Positions 50,152 to 57,904 of a DNA stretch of 64,000 nt are shown here, in pieces (position 1 is the first letter of the stretch; each line of letters opens with the position of its first letter). The notes beneath the pieces were generated by a model that worked only from the letters and a program-made list of their open reading frames with translations, was not told the origin of the DNA and ran no database searches. A program made the position numbers and the translations under genes. The stretch is from an uncultured Chloroflexia bacterium. GTDB lineage: Bacteria; Chloroflexota; Anaerolineae; Anaerolineales; Anaerolineaceae. The DNA lies in contig CAWJEB010000006.1 of assembly GCA_963841805.1 (NCBI GenBank), positions 17,480 through 81,479 of the forward strand, read 5' to 3'.

Positions 50152-50775
50152 ATGACACCACGTTACAGGGATGACAACCGAAAACAGAAAATGGCTGAGA
50201 CCCGCGAAAGGCTGTTGAACGCGGCGGTCGACGAGTTCTCTCGCGAAGGGTATGCAGGTGCTAACATCAATAACGTCACCCGCGCAGCCGGGGTTGCAAC
50301 CGGCACGATCTACAATTACTTTCCCGGCAAACAGGAATTGATGCTGGCTGTGCTGAGCGAGTTCGGGGCGGAGCATTGTGAATACATCTCGGAAAAGATC
50401 CGCCAGGAAACGGATCTGCGGCGGCGAATGGAAATCCTGATCGATGTGTGTTTTGAGTTCGTAAAGGAACATCCGACCCACGCGAAGGTGCTCTTCTCCA
50501 TGATGCAGGGGACCAATATGTTATTTAAGGAAAACCTTAGCCGCATTTATCAGCCCATGTTCCAAATGATCACCAGCGAAATCCTGATCCCCGGCATGGA
50601 ACAGGGCATTTTCCGCGCATCGGATCCAGTGAATACAACAGCGATGATCATGATCTTCTACCTCGGGGTGGGTTCGACCGTTAATGAGAACGGTGAGACA
50701 CCCATAGACCTTAAAGAGGTGGCGGCGTTCGTATTACGGGCACTGGGTGCAATTCCGTCATTGTCCATGGAATGA
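50152..50775 (+). CDS. TetR/AcrR family transcriptional regulator
   Basis: HTH segment YAGANINNVTRAAGVATGTIYNYFPGKQEL. Confidence 0.85.
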   Translation: MTPRYRDDNRKQKMAETRERLLNAAVDEFSREGYAGANINNVTRAAGVATGTIYNYFPGKQELMLAVLSEFGAEHCEYISEKIRQETDLRRRMEILIDVCFEFVKEHPTHAKVLFSMMQGTNMLFKENLSRIYQPMFQMITSEILIPGMEQGIFRASDPVNTTAMIMIFYLGVGSTVNENGETPIDLKEVAAFVLRALGAIPSLSME

Positions 50776-50835
50776 GCAGGTTTGAATTCACCAATCAATA
50801 CACTCCGGGTACGGAGATAATGAAGGAGAAAGAAA

Positions 50836-51357
50836 ATGAAAAGCAAAGTATTGGTCACATATGCCACAAAATACGGCGCAACCATGGGGATCGCGGAAAA
50901 AATCGGACAGGTGATCGGTCAATCCGGGTTCGATGTGGATATCCATCCGGTGAAAAAGGTGAAAGATTTAGCCAATTATAATGCGGTTGTACTGGGCAGC
51001 GCCGTTTACATCGGGATGTGGCGCAAGGAAGCCGCAGCATTCCTGAAGGCAAATGAGCATGCATTGTCCGGAATGCCGGTCTGGCTGTTCTCCAGCGGAC
51101 CGGCCGATGAAGGTGATGTGTCCGCCCTGGTTCTGGGCTGGAAATTCCCCGGTGGACTGCAAGCCACCGCGGACCGCATCAAACCGCGCGATATCACCAT
51201 CTTCAAGGGTTTTGCAAATGCGAGCAAAATGAATCCCATCGAGAAATGGATGCTCAACAATGTCAAGTCGCCTGCAGGTGACTTCCGCGATTGGGAGGCC
51301 ATCAGCGCCTGGGGAAAAGCCATTGCTGATGCATTGATGGAAAATGGCTCGGAGTGA
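50836..51357 (+). CDS. Flavodoxin-domain protein (HemG/flavodoxin_5-like)
   Basis: KVLVTYATKYGATMGIAEKI is an FMN-binding loop; AAGGAG lies upstream. Confidence 0.7.
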   Translation: MKSKVLVTYATKYGATMGIAEKIGQVIGQSGFDVDIHPVKKVKDLANYNAVVLGSAVYIGMWRKEAAAFLKANEHALSGMPVWLFSSGPADEGDVSALVLGWKFPGGLQATADRIKPRDITIFKGFANASKMNPIEKWMLNNVKSPAGDFRDWEAISAWGKAIADALMENGSE

Positions 51358-51382
51358 GAATGAATGAAAGGATGACGTAGAA

Positions 51383-52018
51383 ATGAACCATGGGACTAGG
51401 ATCACCATAGCCGTGCTCGGGACTATCTTTGGATTGTCCGGAATGAACCACGGATTCTTCGAAGCCCTGCAGGGAAACACCCCCACGGATGGTTTGTTCA
51501 TATCTGCCATTGGCACTGCTCAAAGGATGTGGATCCATGGGGAAGAGCCCGCCTTTACGTTGATCCCCAATTTCCTCATCACCGGCATCGCTGCCATGCT
51601 GGTCGGGCTGGGCCTCATCGTATGGTCGATCGGGTTCGTACAGCGCAAGAACGGACCGGCTATCCTGCTGGGTTTGTTTGTCCTGCTTCTGCTGGTGGGG
51701 GGTGGCATAGCGCAAGTGCTTTTTTTCCCCTGGATCTTTTTGGTCTCCACGCAGATAAACAGTCCATTGACCTGGTGGAAGGTGCGGATCAAGGGCAGGC
51801 TCCGCCGGGGATTGGGTCGGTTGTGGCTCGGAAGCCTGCTGTTGTGCACCGTGCTGATGGTGTTCGTATTTGTGATCGGCGTCACCGGCTTTGTACCGGG
51901 TTTGAACAATGCGGAAACGGTGCTCACGGTGATGCTGGGCTGCCTGGCGCTGGAGGTGGTTTTGTTCCCGCTGACCTTCGTGGCGGGGTTTGCAAAGGAT
52001 GCCGGGACCGCCGCATAA
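51383..52018 (+). CDS. polytopic membrane protein of unknown function
   Basis: This frame gives five or six clean TM helices. The overlapping ORFs 51302..52033(-) and 51529..52125(+) are low-complexity Arg/Pro/Gly-rich and look spurious. Confidence 0.6.
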   Translation: MNHGTRITIAVLGTIFGLSGMNHGFFEALQGNTPTDGLFISAIGTAQRMWIHGEEPAFTLIPNFLITGIAAMLVGLGLIVWSIGFVQRKNGPAILLGLFVLLLLVGGGIAQVLFFPWIFLVSTQINSPLTWWKVRIKGRLRRGLGRLWLGSLLLCTVLMVFVFVIGVTGFVPGLNNAETVLTVMLGCLALEVVLFPLTFVAGFAKDAGTAA

Positions 52019-52036
52019 AAATAGGTTGCTCAAAAA

Positions 52037-52076
52037 GGGTTGACGACATCAGATCATCAACCCATTCTTTATATTT
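52037..52076 (+). terminator. Possible terminator after the TetR-flavodoxin-membrane cassette
   Basis: GGGTTGA (52037-52043) / TCAACCC (52057-52063) with a 13-nt loop, followed by ATTCTTTATATTT. Confidence 0.4.
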
Positions 52077-52209
52077 CGGCAGGATGGTCAACCACGTATA
52101 TTGGCTTGAAAAAAAGGTTTTTTGAAATGAAATGACTTTTTCCGGTTTTCTCCAACACACGGTTCGCAAAGCACCCCGCACTGCTACGCTGTGTGGCTGC
52201 TAAGACCAG

Positions 52210-52267
52210 CAGGTAGGGTGGGCAAAACTAGTAAAACAAATGGTTTTGCCCACCCTCCATTAACCAA
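52210..52267 (+). repeat. 58-nt hairpin element, copy A
   Basis: CAGGTAGGGTGGGCAAAA-N12-ATGGTTTTGCCCACCCTCCATTAACCAA. The stem is 12-13 bp. The same unit recurs at 57000-57057. Confidence 0.65.
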
Positions 52268-52363
52268 CCCTTCATTCGGGTCGGGTTGATCCTCTCCATC
52301 TTCGGATCAGTGGTGAATATCATCAAACGGTTGGTCAAGACGTTGAATGGGACGCAGGGGTAA
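52268..52363 (+). pseudogene. Orphan 3' gene stump (no start codon) ending ...GLILSIFGSVVNIIKRLVKTLNGTQG*
   Basis: The reading frame is open back through the hairpin element with no ATG/GTG/SD. It ends at TAA 52361-52363, and a strong terminator lies 20 nt downstream. Confidence 0.35.
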
Positions 52364-52383
52364 GGCAACAGGATTCAAAGGGA

Positions 52384-52417
52384 ACAGGCGGACCGGGTCC
52401 GCCTGTTTTTTTATTTT
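52384..52417 (+). terminator. Rho-independent terminator (belongs to the orphan 3' stump)
   Basis: ACAGGCGGAC (52384-52393) / GTCCGCCTGT (52397-52406), followed by TTTTTTTATTTT. Confidence 0.8.
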
Positions 52418-52464
52418 GAGATGGGTTTCGTAAAAACTTAATCCAACCTACGACTGGAAAATCG

Positions 52465-52492
52465 TTGACAGTGAGGAGAAATCCAATAGAAT
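52465..52492 (+). promoter_or_regulatory. Candidate sigma-70 promoter for the large lipoprotein gene
   Basis: TTGACA (52465-52470), 16-nt spacer, TAGAAT (52487-52492). This would give a ~165-nt leader containing 7-bp hairpins TTGGGGG/CCCCCAA and CTCACAG/CTGTGAG. Confidence 0.5.
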
Positions 52493-52659
52493 GGAGTAAT
52501 AGGACCATTGGGGGAGGATAATTATAAAAGGACTAACCCCCAAAAGAAAACAAGGAACGAGGCCTGGTGGAAAAGAGGCTCACAGTGAAACCTCTCATTA
52601 TTACATTTCTGTGAGGATTCGCCTACAACAGTGCAGAAGAAGAATAAAACATAAATGAA

Positions 52660-54843
52660 ATGAGGTTTTTTATGCATAAATGGAAATTATTCCTCACGAG
52701 AATTCTGTGTTTCTCATTGTTTTTTTTATGTAGTGGTTGTAAGCCAGCTATTTCTCCCCCTACGCAGGAACCACTCATTTCAAAACCTCAACAGCCTGTA
52801 GATCCCTTTACCCCGACCAAACCATCAAATGATTCTAACAACTCAACCGAAAATTATATCTGTGGAATGGTGGAAAATTGGACTGACACCGGAGCATTTT
52901 CCCCAGTTATGACCATATCATCTTCTGGGCAAGTTATATGGTTAGATATCTTGACTAACGAAATGTTAGCAAATAATGCAGATCAACTTCCGTCCAATTT
53001 CATGATTTTTGACCCAATCGTGAAAGAGAAGAAAGACTTGAGTGGAGGAACATCCTATGGATTGTCTGGATACTCTAAATATAATCGCGTAAGTAATTGT
53101 CCTGATGCAAAAGTTGACCCCACAAAAACTATCCAAGCTAAACCAGCCGAAATTCAATTTCCTACTAATATGCCAGTGCTGGTTATGGCCTGGTACCCAC
53201 CCGACGCAATCAACCCAAATATCCTGGATATTAAGGAAACCGGACTAAAAACAAATATTAGTAATTTGCAAGATTATGTTGACCAACTAGCCAAGGAAGG
53301 AGCCCGGATAGCCAGCGAAGGTACACGCTATCATGGTTTCAAGGATATAAATTCGCCCATCTATCTGCAGTATTCCATTTTAGAAATCCTCGAATTCTTC
53401 GAGCCCATGCCTCGAGGTTTCCCTCTCGGTAATAAAAGCTTTAGGCCTAATTACGCACAAATATTCGTGGATCAGGAGATATGCGACTATGTCGACACTC
53501 ACGGTGTACGGGAAGTATGGATCTATGGCTATCATTCCGATAATATTGTTCCAGACGAATCCAAAATGTCCAGCTTATTTGGAGATATCAGCAATGCATA
53601 TCCCCATGATGATGAAATCGATCCGCAATTCAGGCTTCCGAAGTGCAATCATTCCTATATTATGTATAATTTTAATTATGCCCGAGAGATTGAGACAAAT
53701 ATTCATAACCGGTTGCACCAAATAGAGAATGTTATCTTCTATGCAGAAAACAAAGGCTACCCACCAAACCCTGACAATGTGATAGGAAGTTTGTTCTGGA
53801 ATGACTTTTCTTTTTGGGGTGACTTGGGGAAACGCCAAGGGTACAGAGCTTCTTGTGGGAATACTCATTCTGCTCCTAACACAGTGGGTGATTATGTATA
53901 TGCTTCTAAAGAGATCAGGGAAAACAATTGTGAAACCTGGAATCCCGATGATTCCCGAACAACTTATGTTATGAATGATTGTTCTCAATGGGACTGTACT
54001 GAGATGGGGTTTTATCTCTGGTACATGCAAAACATACCCGGTTATGGCAATGGTATTCAATATCGGGGATTGTGGATGCGCAATTGGTGGGATGCTGTGG
54101 CAGATTTCAATACTTTCATTACAGAAGAGCATAGCCTCTTTACTGCAGACACTTCCAAAGTTCTAATACCTACCCCGGATATATCATTCATCAATGACCT
54201 ACCAAATTCCACTCCGCAACCTCTAGGAATTTCCGATCATCCTGTTTTTGAATATCCACAAGACCAACAAATTCTGGATTATGGGAAAGACTACCTTCTA
54301 AAAGTAGCTCCTTTTAAGGACGCAACCGGTTATTTATGGGGTTTTTTCCAGGATGGAAAATTAATTTGGGACAATCTTCGAGATGAAGGTACTTTATCAG
54401 GTAATTCATACAATATCCTCGCAGGCTCTAAGGCTCATTCTTTAATTAACCATGGAGAACTGCAAATTTGGGTGAGAGGGCTTGTTGATAATGAATATTC
54501 TGAAGCAGCAGTGATTACCATTCAACTTCGCTCGGATGATCATCCCGTCTTCGAATATCCTCAAGATCAACAGGTATTAGACTATGGCGGTGAATATTTG
54601 TTCAAGATAAAACCCTATAAGAACGCAACTCAGTATTTGTGGCAATTTTTCCAGAATGGTAAACTAATTTGGGAAAATCTTCGCGATGAGGGGACCCTTT
54701 CAAGCACAGAGTATGCGATAATTTCGGGCTCCCCAGCTCACAATAAAGTTCAAATGGGTGAATTAGAAATTCATGTAAGCGCTTTTGAAAATGGTAAGTA
54801 TTCTCAAGCAGGTGTAATAACCATCCAATTTAAAAAGCGCTGA
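52660..54843 (+). CDS. Orphan secreted lipoprotein (727 aa) with two C-terminal 101-aa tandem domains
   Basis: Signal peptide plus lipobox LFFLCSGC. AT-rich gene with no family recognised (contains SCGNTHSAPN). The start may be ATG 52672. Confidence 0.75.
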   Translation: MRFFMHKWKLFLTRILCFSLFFLCSGCKPAISPPTQEPLISKPQQPVDPFTPTKPSNDSNNSTENYICGMVENWTDTGAFSPVMTISSSGQVIWLDILTNEMLANNADQLPSNFMIFDPIVKEKKDLSGGTSYGLSGYSKYNRVSNCPDAKVDPTKTIQAKPAEIQFPTNMPVLVMAWYPPDAINPNILDIKETGLKTNISNLQDYVDQLAKEGARIASEGTRYHGFKDINSPIYLQYSILEILEFFEPMPRGFPLGNKSFRPNYAQIFVDQEICDYVDTHGVREVWIYGYHSDNIVPDESKMSSLFGDISNAYPHDDEIDPQFRLPKCNHSYIMYNFNYAREIETNIHNRLHQIENVIFYAENKGYPPNPDNVIGSLFWNDFSFWGDLGKRQGYRASCGNTHSAPNTVGDYVYASKEIRENNCETWNPDDSRTTYVMNDCSQWDCTEMGFYLWYMQNIPGYGNGIQYRGLWMRNWWDAVADFNTFITEEHSLFTADTSKVLIPTPDISFINDLPNSTPQPLGISDHPVFEYPQDQQILDYGKDYLLKVAPFKDATGYLWGFFQDGKLIWDNLRDEGTLSGNSYNILAGSKAHSLINHGELQIWVRGLVDNEYSEAAVITIQLRSDDHPVFEYPQDQQVLDYGGEYLFKIKPYKNATQYLWQFFQNGKLIWENLRDEGTLSSTEYAIISGSPAHNKVQMGELEIHVSAFENGKYSQAGVITIQFKKR
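54235..54840 (+). repeat. Intragenic tandem duplication, 2 x 303 nt (2 x 101 aa)
   Basis: DHPVFEYPQDQQ(I/V)LDYG...Y(L)W.FFQ(D/N)GKLIW(D/E)NLRDEGTLS...VITIQ occurs twice, at 54235-54537 and 54538-54840. Confidence 0.85.
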
Positions 54844-55151
54844 AAATAATGAGGTTTTCACTCTGTCCATGGGTCAATTGATTCAGACGGTCCTTCTGCC
54901 CACAGCATACTAGGTTTCACTACTTAAAGAATAGCGGAAAGGAATCTAACCAAAATTTTTGAGCGGTGTTGAGGTCCAAACCCTTTTCCAGGATCAGGGC
55001 ATGACCGTATTGTAATACCCTCCTTCTAAACTGCTCCCAAGCGAGAAGATGAATTATCGCTATGCAAGGGTTTCTCCGCGCCGTTGAAATAACTAAATTT
55101 GCCCCCGACCCAGCGCTCCATGCTACAATTAACCCATCAATGGAGGTAATT

Positions 55152-55277
55152 ATGACTGATGTTGTCATTGTGGATGCACTGCGCACACCCATCGGTGCGC
55201 TTGGCGGCGGGCTGGCTTCCGTGCGGCCGGACGACCTGGCCGCCCTACTGATCCATGCGGAGGTCCTGACGGTTTAA
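55152..55277 (+). pseudogene. Acetyl-CoA acetyltransferase (thiolase) 5' stump, about 35 codons
   Basis: GGAGG then ATG 55152. MTDVVIVDALRTPIGALGGGLASVRPDDLAALLI matches a standard thiolase N-terminus. The frame runs into the repeat at 55257 and stops at 55275-55277. The rest of the gene is absent from the window. Confidence 0.75.
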
Positions 55278-55608
55278 TCAGGGCGGTTTATGACCCCAAG
55301 GCCTTCAGCATTTGGTCAGTGGGCAACCTTCACTTAACCTCTACCCTGGCAAAGTAGGCGAACTTAGACTTCAAGTTTTGTAGCGAAAGGGTTCGGATGG
55401 CGTATAACTCAGCATTCTGAATAATCAACAGGATAATACATACGATGGGTGGGATGGAATATGGAAACCCTTTAAATATATGATCTCACCAGTGTCCGCA
55501 AGGATAACGATAAATCCGGAACTTCGCATTCCCCCTGTTACTCATCCATTGTGTTATACAAAATAAATGCAGCGAGTCAGAAGTCTTTATAATTAATAAT
55601 TAGGCGGC
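55257..55608 (+). repeat. ~352-nt unclassified intergenic element, copy 1
   Basis: Hand alignment with 56239-56589 gives about 34 differences (one a 1-nt indel). The flanks on both sides are unrelated. Confidence 0.85.
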
Positions 55609-55662
55609 AGAAGCATGGAACAAGTGAGCCGCGAAATGATGCAATAATAAGGAGAGGCGAAT

Positions 55663-56127
55663 ATGCCCTATATAGTTGATTTTAATAATGTATCCACGGT
55701 TGGTTTAGAGTCTTCACCTGTAGCGGATGCGCTGGCTGGTTTGCGTGCCAATGAAGCCCGTTACTTTATGAACAAATACAAGCATGAATACGCGGTTGTA
55801 CCTGCTAGCGAAAGCCAGGATACCATTGATTATGTAAGCCGGATTTTGAAAGAAGAACGCAAGATTGAGTTTGCTGCCAAACCATTGGAAACGTCGCGTT
55901 TTCAAGTGGAAAATATCAAATTTGCCTATGTCTTTTATGAGGATGGTCTTGGGATCAACGTCATGTACACGGTGGATGACCCTAAGAAGCGGGCTGTTGG
56001 TATTAAGCTTTCTGAGGGGATGGAAGTACCAAAGGAATTGGAAGGGAAGTTTAAGTTTGCCAGGCAGAAGTCTAAACTGGCTGGAACCATTCGGGGCTCA
56101 TTTTTTGTAATCAAAAAAGAATATTAG
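55663..56127 (+). CDS. hypothetical protein (154 aa)
   Basis: AAGGAGAGG lies before the ATG. No family recognised. Sits 54 nt downstream of repeat copy 1. Confidence 0.6.
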   Translation: MPYIVDFNNVSTVGLESSPVADALAGLRANEARYFMNKYKHEYAVVPASESQDTIDYVSRILKEERKIEFAAKPLETSRFQVENIKFAYVFYEDGLGINVMYTVDDPKKRAVGIKLSEGMEVPKELEGKFKFARQKSKLAGTIRGSFFVIKKEY

Positions 56128-56165
56128 TGAAATTGAAACTCCTGTTCGCGCCGGTCTGAAATCTT

Positions 56166-56216
56166 CCCGAAGCATAGCGGAGTGGAATAGCATCCCCGAA
56201 GCGTAGCGGAGTGGGA
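56166..56216 (+). repeat. Short tandem motif CCCGAAGC(A/G)TAGCGGAGTGG(A/G)A x2, period 29 nt
   Basis: Units lie at 56166-56186 and 56195-56216, flanked by CGCGCCGGT on both sides. Confidence 0.6.
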
Positions 56217-56238
56217 CCCGACCGCGCGCCGGTGCCCA

Positions 56239-56589
56239 GCGGAGGTCCTGACGGTTTAATCAGGGCGGTTTATGACCGCAAGGCCTTCAGCATTTGGTCA
56301 GTGGGCAACCTTCACTTAACCTCTACACTGGCAAGGTAGGCGAACTTAGACTTCCAGTTTTGTAGCGAAAGGGTTCGGATGGCGCATAACTCAGCATTCT
56401 GAACAATCAACAAGATAATACATCCGACAGGTGGGATAGATTATGGTAACCATTAAATATATTATCTCACCGGTATCCACTAGGATAACGATAAATCGGG
56501 TCCTTTGCATTCCCCCTGGTACTCATCCAATGTGTTATACAAAATAATTGCAGCGCTTCAAGAGTCCGTATCATTAATAATTAGGCGGC
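56239..56589 (+). repeat. ~352-nt unclassified intergenic element, copy 2
   Basis: See copy 1. It starts GCGGAGGTCCTGACGG and ends ATTAATAATTAGGCGGC exactly as copy 1 does. Confidence 0.85.
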
Positions 56590-56629
56590 TTAAGTCATCA
56601 GAAAACAATATTGAATAGAGAGGTACAAA

Positions 56630-56836
56630 ATGGATCCAAAGTCGAGCGATAAGAAGAAAAACGTAAAACCAGGCAGTTTGATCGGGCTAGGAATTGCACT
56701 TGGAGCTGGAATCGGCACTGCTCTTGGCGCAGCATTCAACAACGTAGGGATAGGCTTAGCTCTAGGGATAGGTGTAGGTATTGCTGTTGGCGCATATTTG
56801 GAGCGTCGACGAAAAGAATCTAAATCGAACAAATAG
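56630..56836 (+). CDS. Small glycine-zipper membrane protein (68 aa)
   Basis: GLGIALGAGIGTALGAAFNNVGIGLALGIGVGIAVGAYL. GAGAGG lies before the ATG. Sits 40 nt downstream of repeat copy 2. Confidence 0.6.
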   Translation: MDPKSSDKKKNVKPGSLIGLGIALGAGIGTALGAAFNNVGIGLALGIGVGIAVGAYLERRRKESKSNK

Positions 56837-56999
56837 CAACAGGCGCAAAATCCTACCTTTCTGCCCGAAAATATCTGCAAAAACTGGCTGTATCTGAAAG
56901 GTCATTAAGCCTTTGCAGGTGGAATTTTACAATCACTGAAAAATAAACGGTTGAGAGAATGCGCCGCCAGTATCTGCTCCAGCAAACTGCAGCTGGCAA

Positions 57000-57057
57000 C
57001 AGGTAGGGTGGGCAAAATCCTGTGTTTTTATGGTTTTGCCCACCATCCATTAAGCAA
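57000..57057 (+). repeat. 58-nt hairpin element, copy B
   Basis: CAGGTAGGGTGGGCAAAA-N12-ATGGTTTTGCCCACCATCCATTAAGCAA. It has the same arms and flanks as copy A but an unrelated 12-nt loop. Confidence 0.65.
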
Positions 57058-57320
57058 TGCTTCGTCCGCGCCGGTGTTAGCAGTGCAAAGCCTACGCTCG
57101 CCCCGGTTTTAGAAGTGCCAACCCTCCTTTTCGCTCCTCCCGAAATCCAATTTCAATTAATTGAACCAGTCCCACCTGTAACATCTTACAGCTAGACAGC
57201 TGCCTTTTTGTGCTTATAATGAATATAGAACATATAATCTAAATTTAGTTTGAGGGTTTTCGAAAAAAGTCATGTCATATCATAATTCATTATCGGCTAT
57301 TAATACCCAATGCTGCCTTT

Positions 57321-57378
57321 GTCATTCCGAACCCTTCCACCCCCATGTCATTCCGAACCCTTCAGGGTGAGGAATCTC
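57321..57378 (+). repeat. Short tandem/palindromic motif GTCATTCCGAACCCTTC x2 followed by AGGGTGAGGAATC
   Basis: Units lie at 57321-57337 and 57347-57363. The second unit folds as ATTCC-GA-ACCC / GGGT-GA-GGAAT. Confidence 0.6.
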
Positions 57379-57460
57379 TCGTACCGCTGCCCAAAGGGCG
57401 TGCCGGCGAAATGACAATTCTAACCATACTATACAGAAAAACCCCCGCTTAGGAGCCCCC

Positions 57461-57904
57461 ATGCCCTATTTCACTGAAAACCAATGGCAAAAACTGGCGC
57501 CCATCTTCACCGATCGTCCTCCCGCTGTCGGCCGTCCCCTGCGGGATGACCGCCCCATCCTCGAAGGCATCATCCATGTCATCCTCAATAACCTCGCCTG
57601 GATGGATCTGCCCGAAACCTACCCGCCTTTTTCCACTGTCTTTCGCCGTTACAACGCCTGGGTCAAGAATGGCATCTGGGAGCAGGTGCTGGATACCCTT
57701 TTCATGGATCTCTTCGACCGCACCGGCTACAACCTCTGGCGCGCCTGGGGCAGTGGCCGACTGCTGGTCAACACCACCAGCGGACCTGCGCTTGATCTTA
57801 CTGACGAGTTAAACGAGGCTGAAAATATCTACGTCATTCTGCTATTCCTGCGTGGTATCGTCCACCAAAAGCAGGATGAATCCATGCGTCGGGTTAAATC
57901 ATAA
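57461..57904 (+). CDS. IS5/IS427-group OrfA-like (DUF4096) HTH protein without a DDE domain: transposase relic or domesticated gene
   Basis: FTENQWQKLAPIF...GRPLRDDRPILEGIIHVILNNLAWMDLPETYPPFSTVFRRYNAWVKNGIWEQVL parallels the DUF4096 pattern (LTDEQW.., GRP..D.R..L.GI..VLRTG..W.DLP..YGP..TV.RRF.RW...GVW). No DDE ORF follows. Confidence 0.6.
   Translation: MPYFTENQWQKLAPIFTDRPPAVGRPLRDDRPILEGIIHVILNNLAWMDLPETYPPFSTVFRRYNAWVKNGIWEQVLDTLFMDLFDRTGYNLWRAWGSGRLLVNTTSGPALDLTDELNEAENIYVILLFLRGIVHQKQDESMRRVKS

Noticed and set aside
19347-52125. Other large overlapping ORFs: 19347..20159(-), 34553..35320(-), 42892..43524(-), 50077..50481(-), 50968..51516(-), 51302..52033(-), 51529..52125(+)
   Set aside because: Each overlaps, on the opposite strand or in another frame, a gene with clear family motifs or clean TM topology. 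None has an SD or a recognisable domain.
54920-55192. ORF 54920..55192(-), with a faint IS630-like C-terminal flavour (GLDLNTAQKFW vs DLNPIE..W)
   Set aside because: Half of it is antisense to the thiolase stump, the similarity is a few residues only, and no DDE motifs are present. At best it is an undetectable relic.
55290-55337. Conserved 15-codon mini-ORF inside the repeats (MTPRPSAFGQWATFT; copy 2 at 56272-56319 MTARPSAFGQWATFT; inverted copy 48206-48171 MIPRPPSAPSG)
   Set aside because: It is very short. The only substitution between copies 1 and 2 is non-synonymous. In the third copy the peptide diverges after 5 codons and ends early. The SD is weak (AGGGCGG). Conservation is better explained at nucleotide level. 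It would be worth revisiting only if ribosome profiling shows occupancy.
55257-56589. The 352-nt repeats as DGR template/variable repeats, integron attC sites, or a CRISPR-like array
   Set aside because: The differences between copies are not adenine-specific and no reverse transcriptase is present. The units are far longer than attC sites, one family member is inverted, and there is no intI. There are only two direct copies about 980 nt apart, with genes between them.
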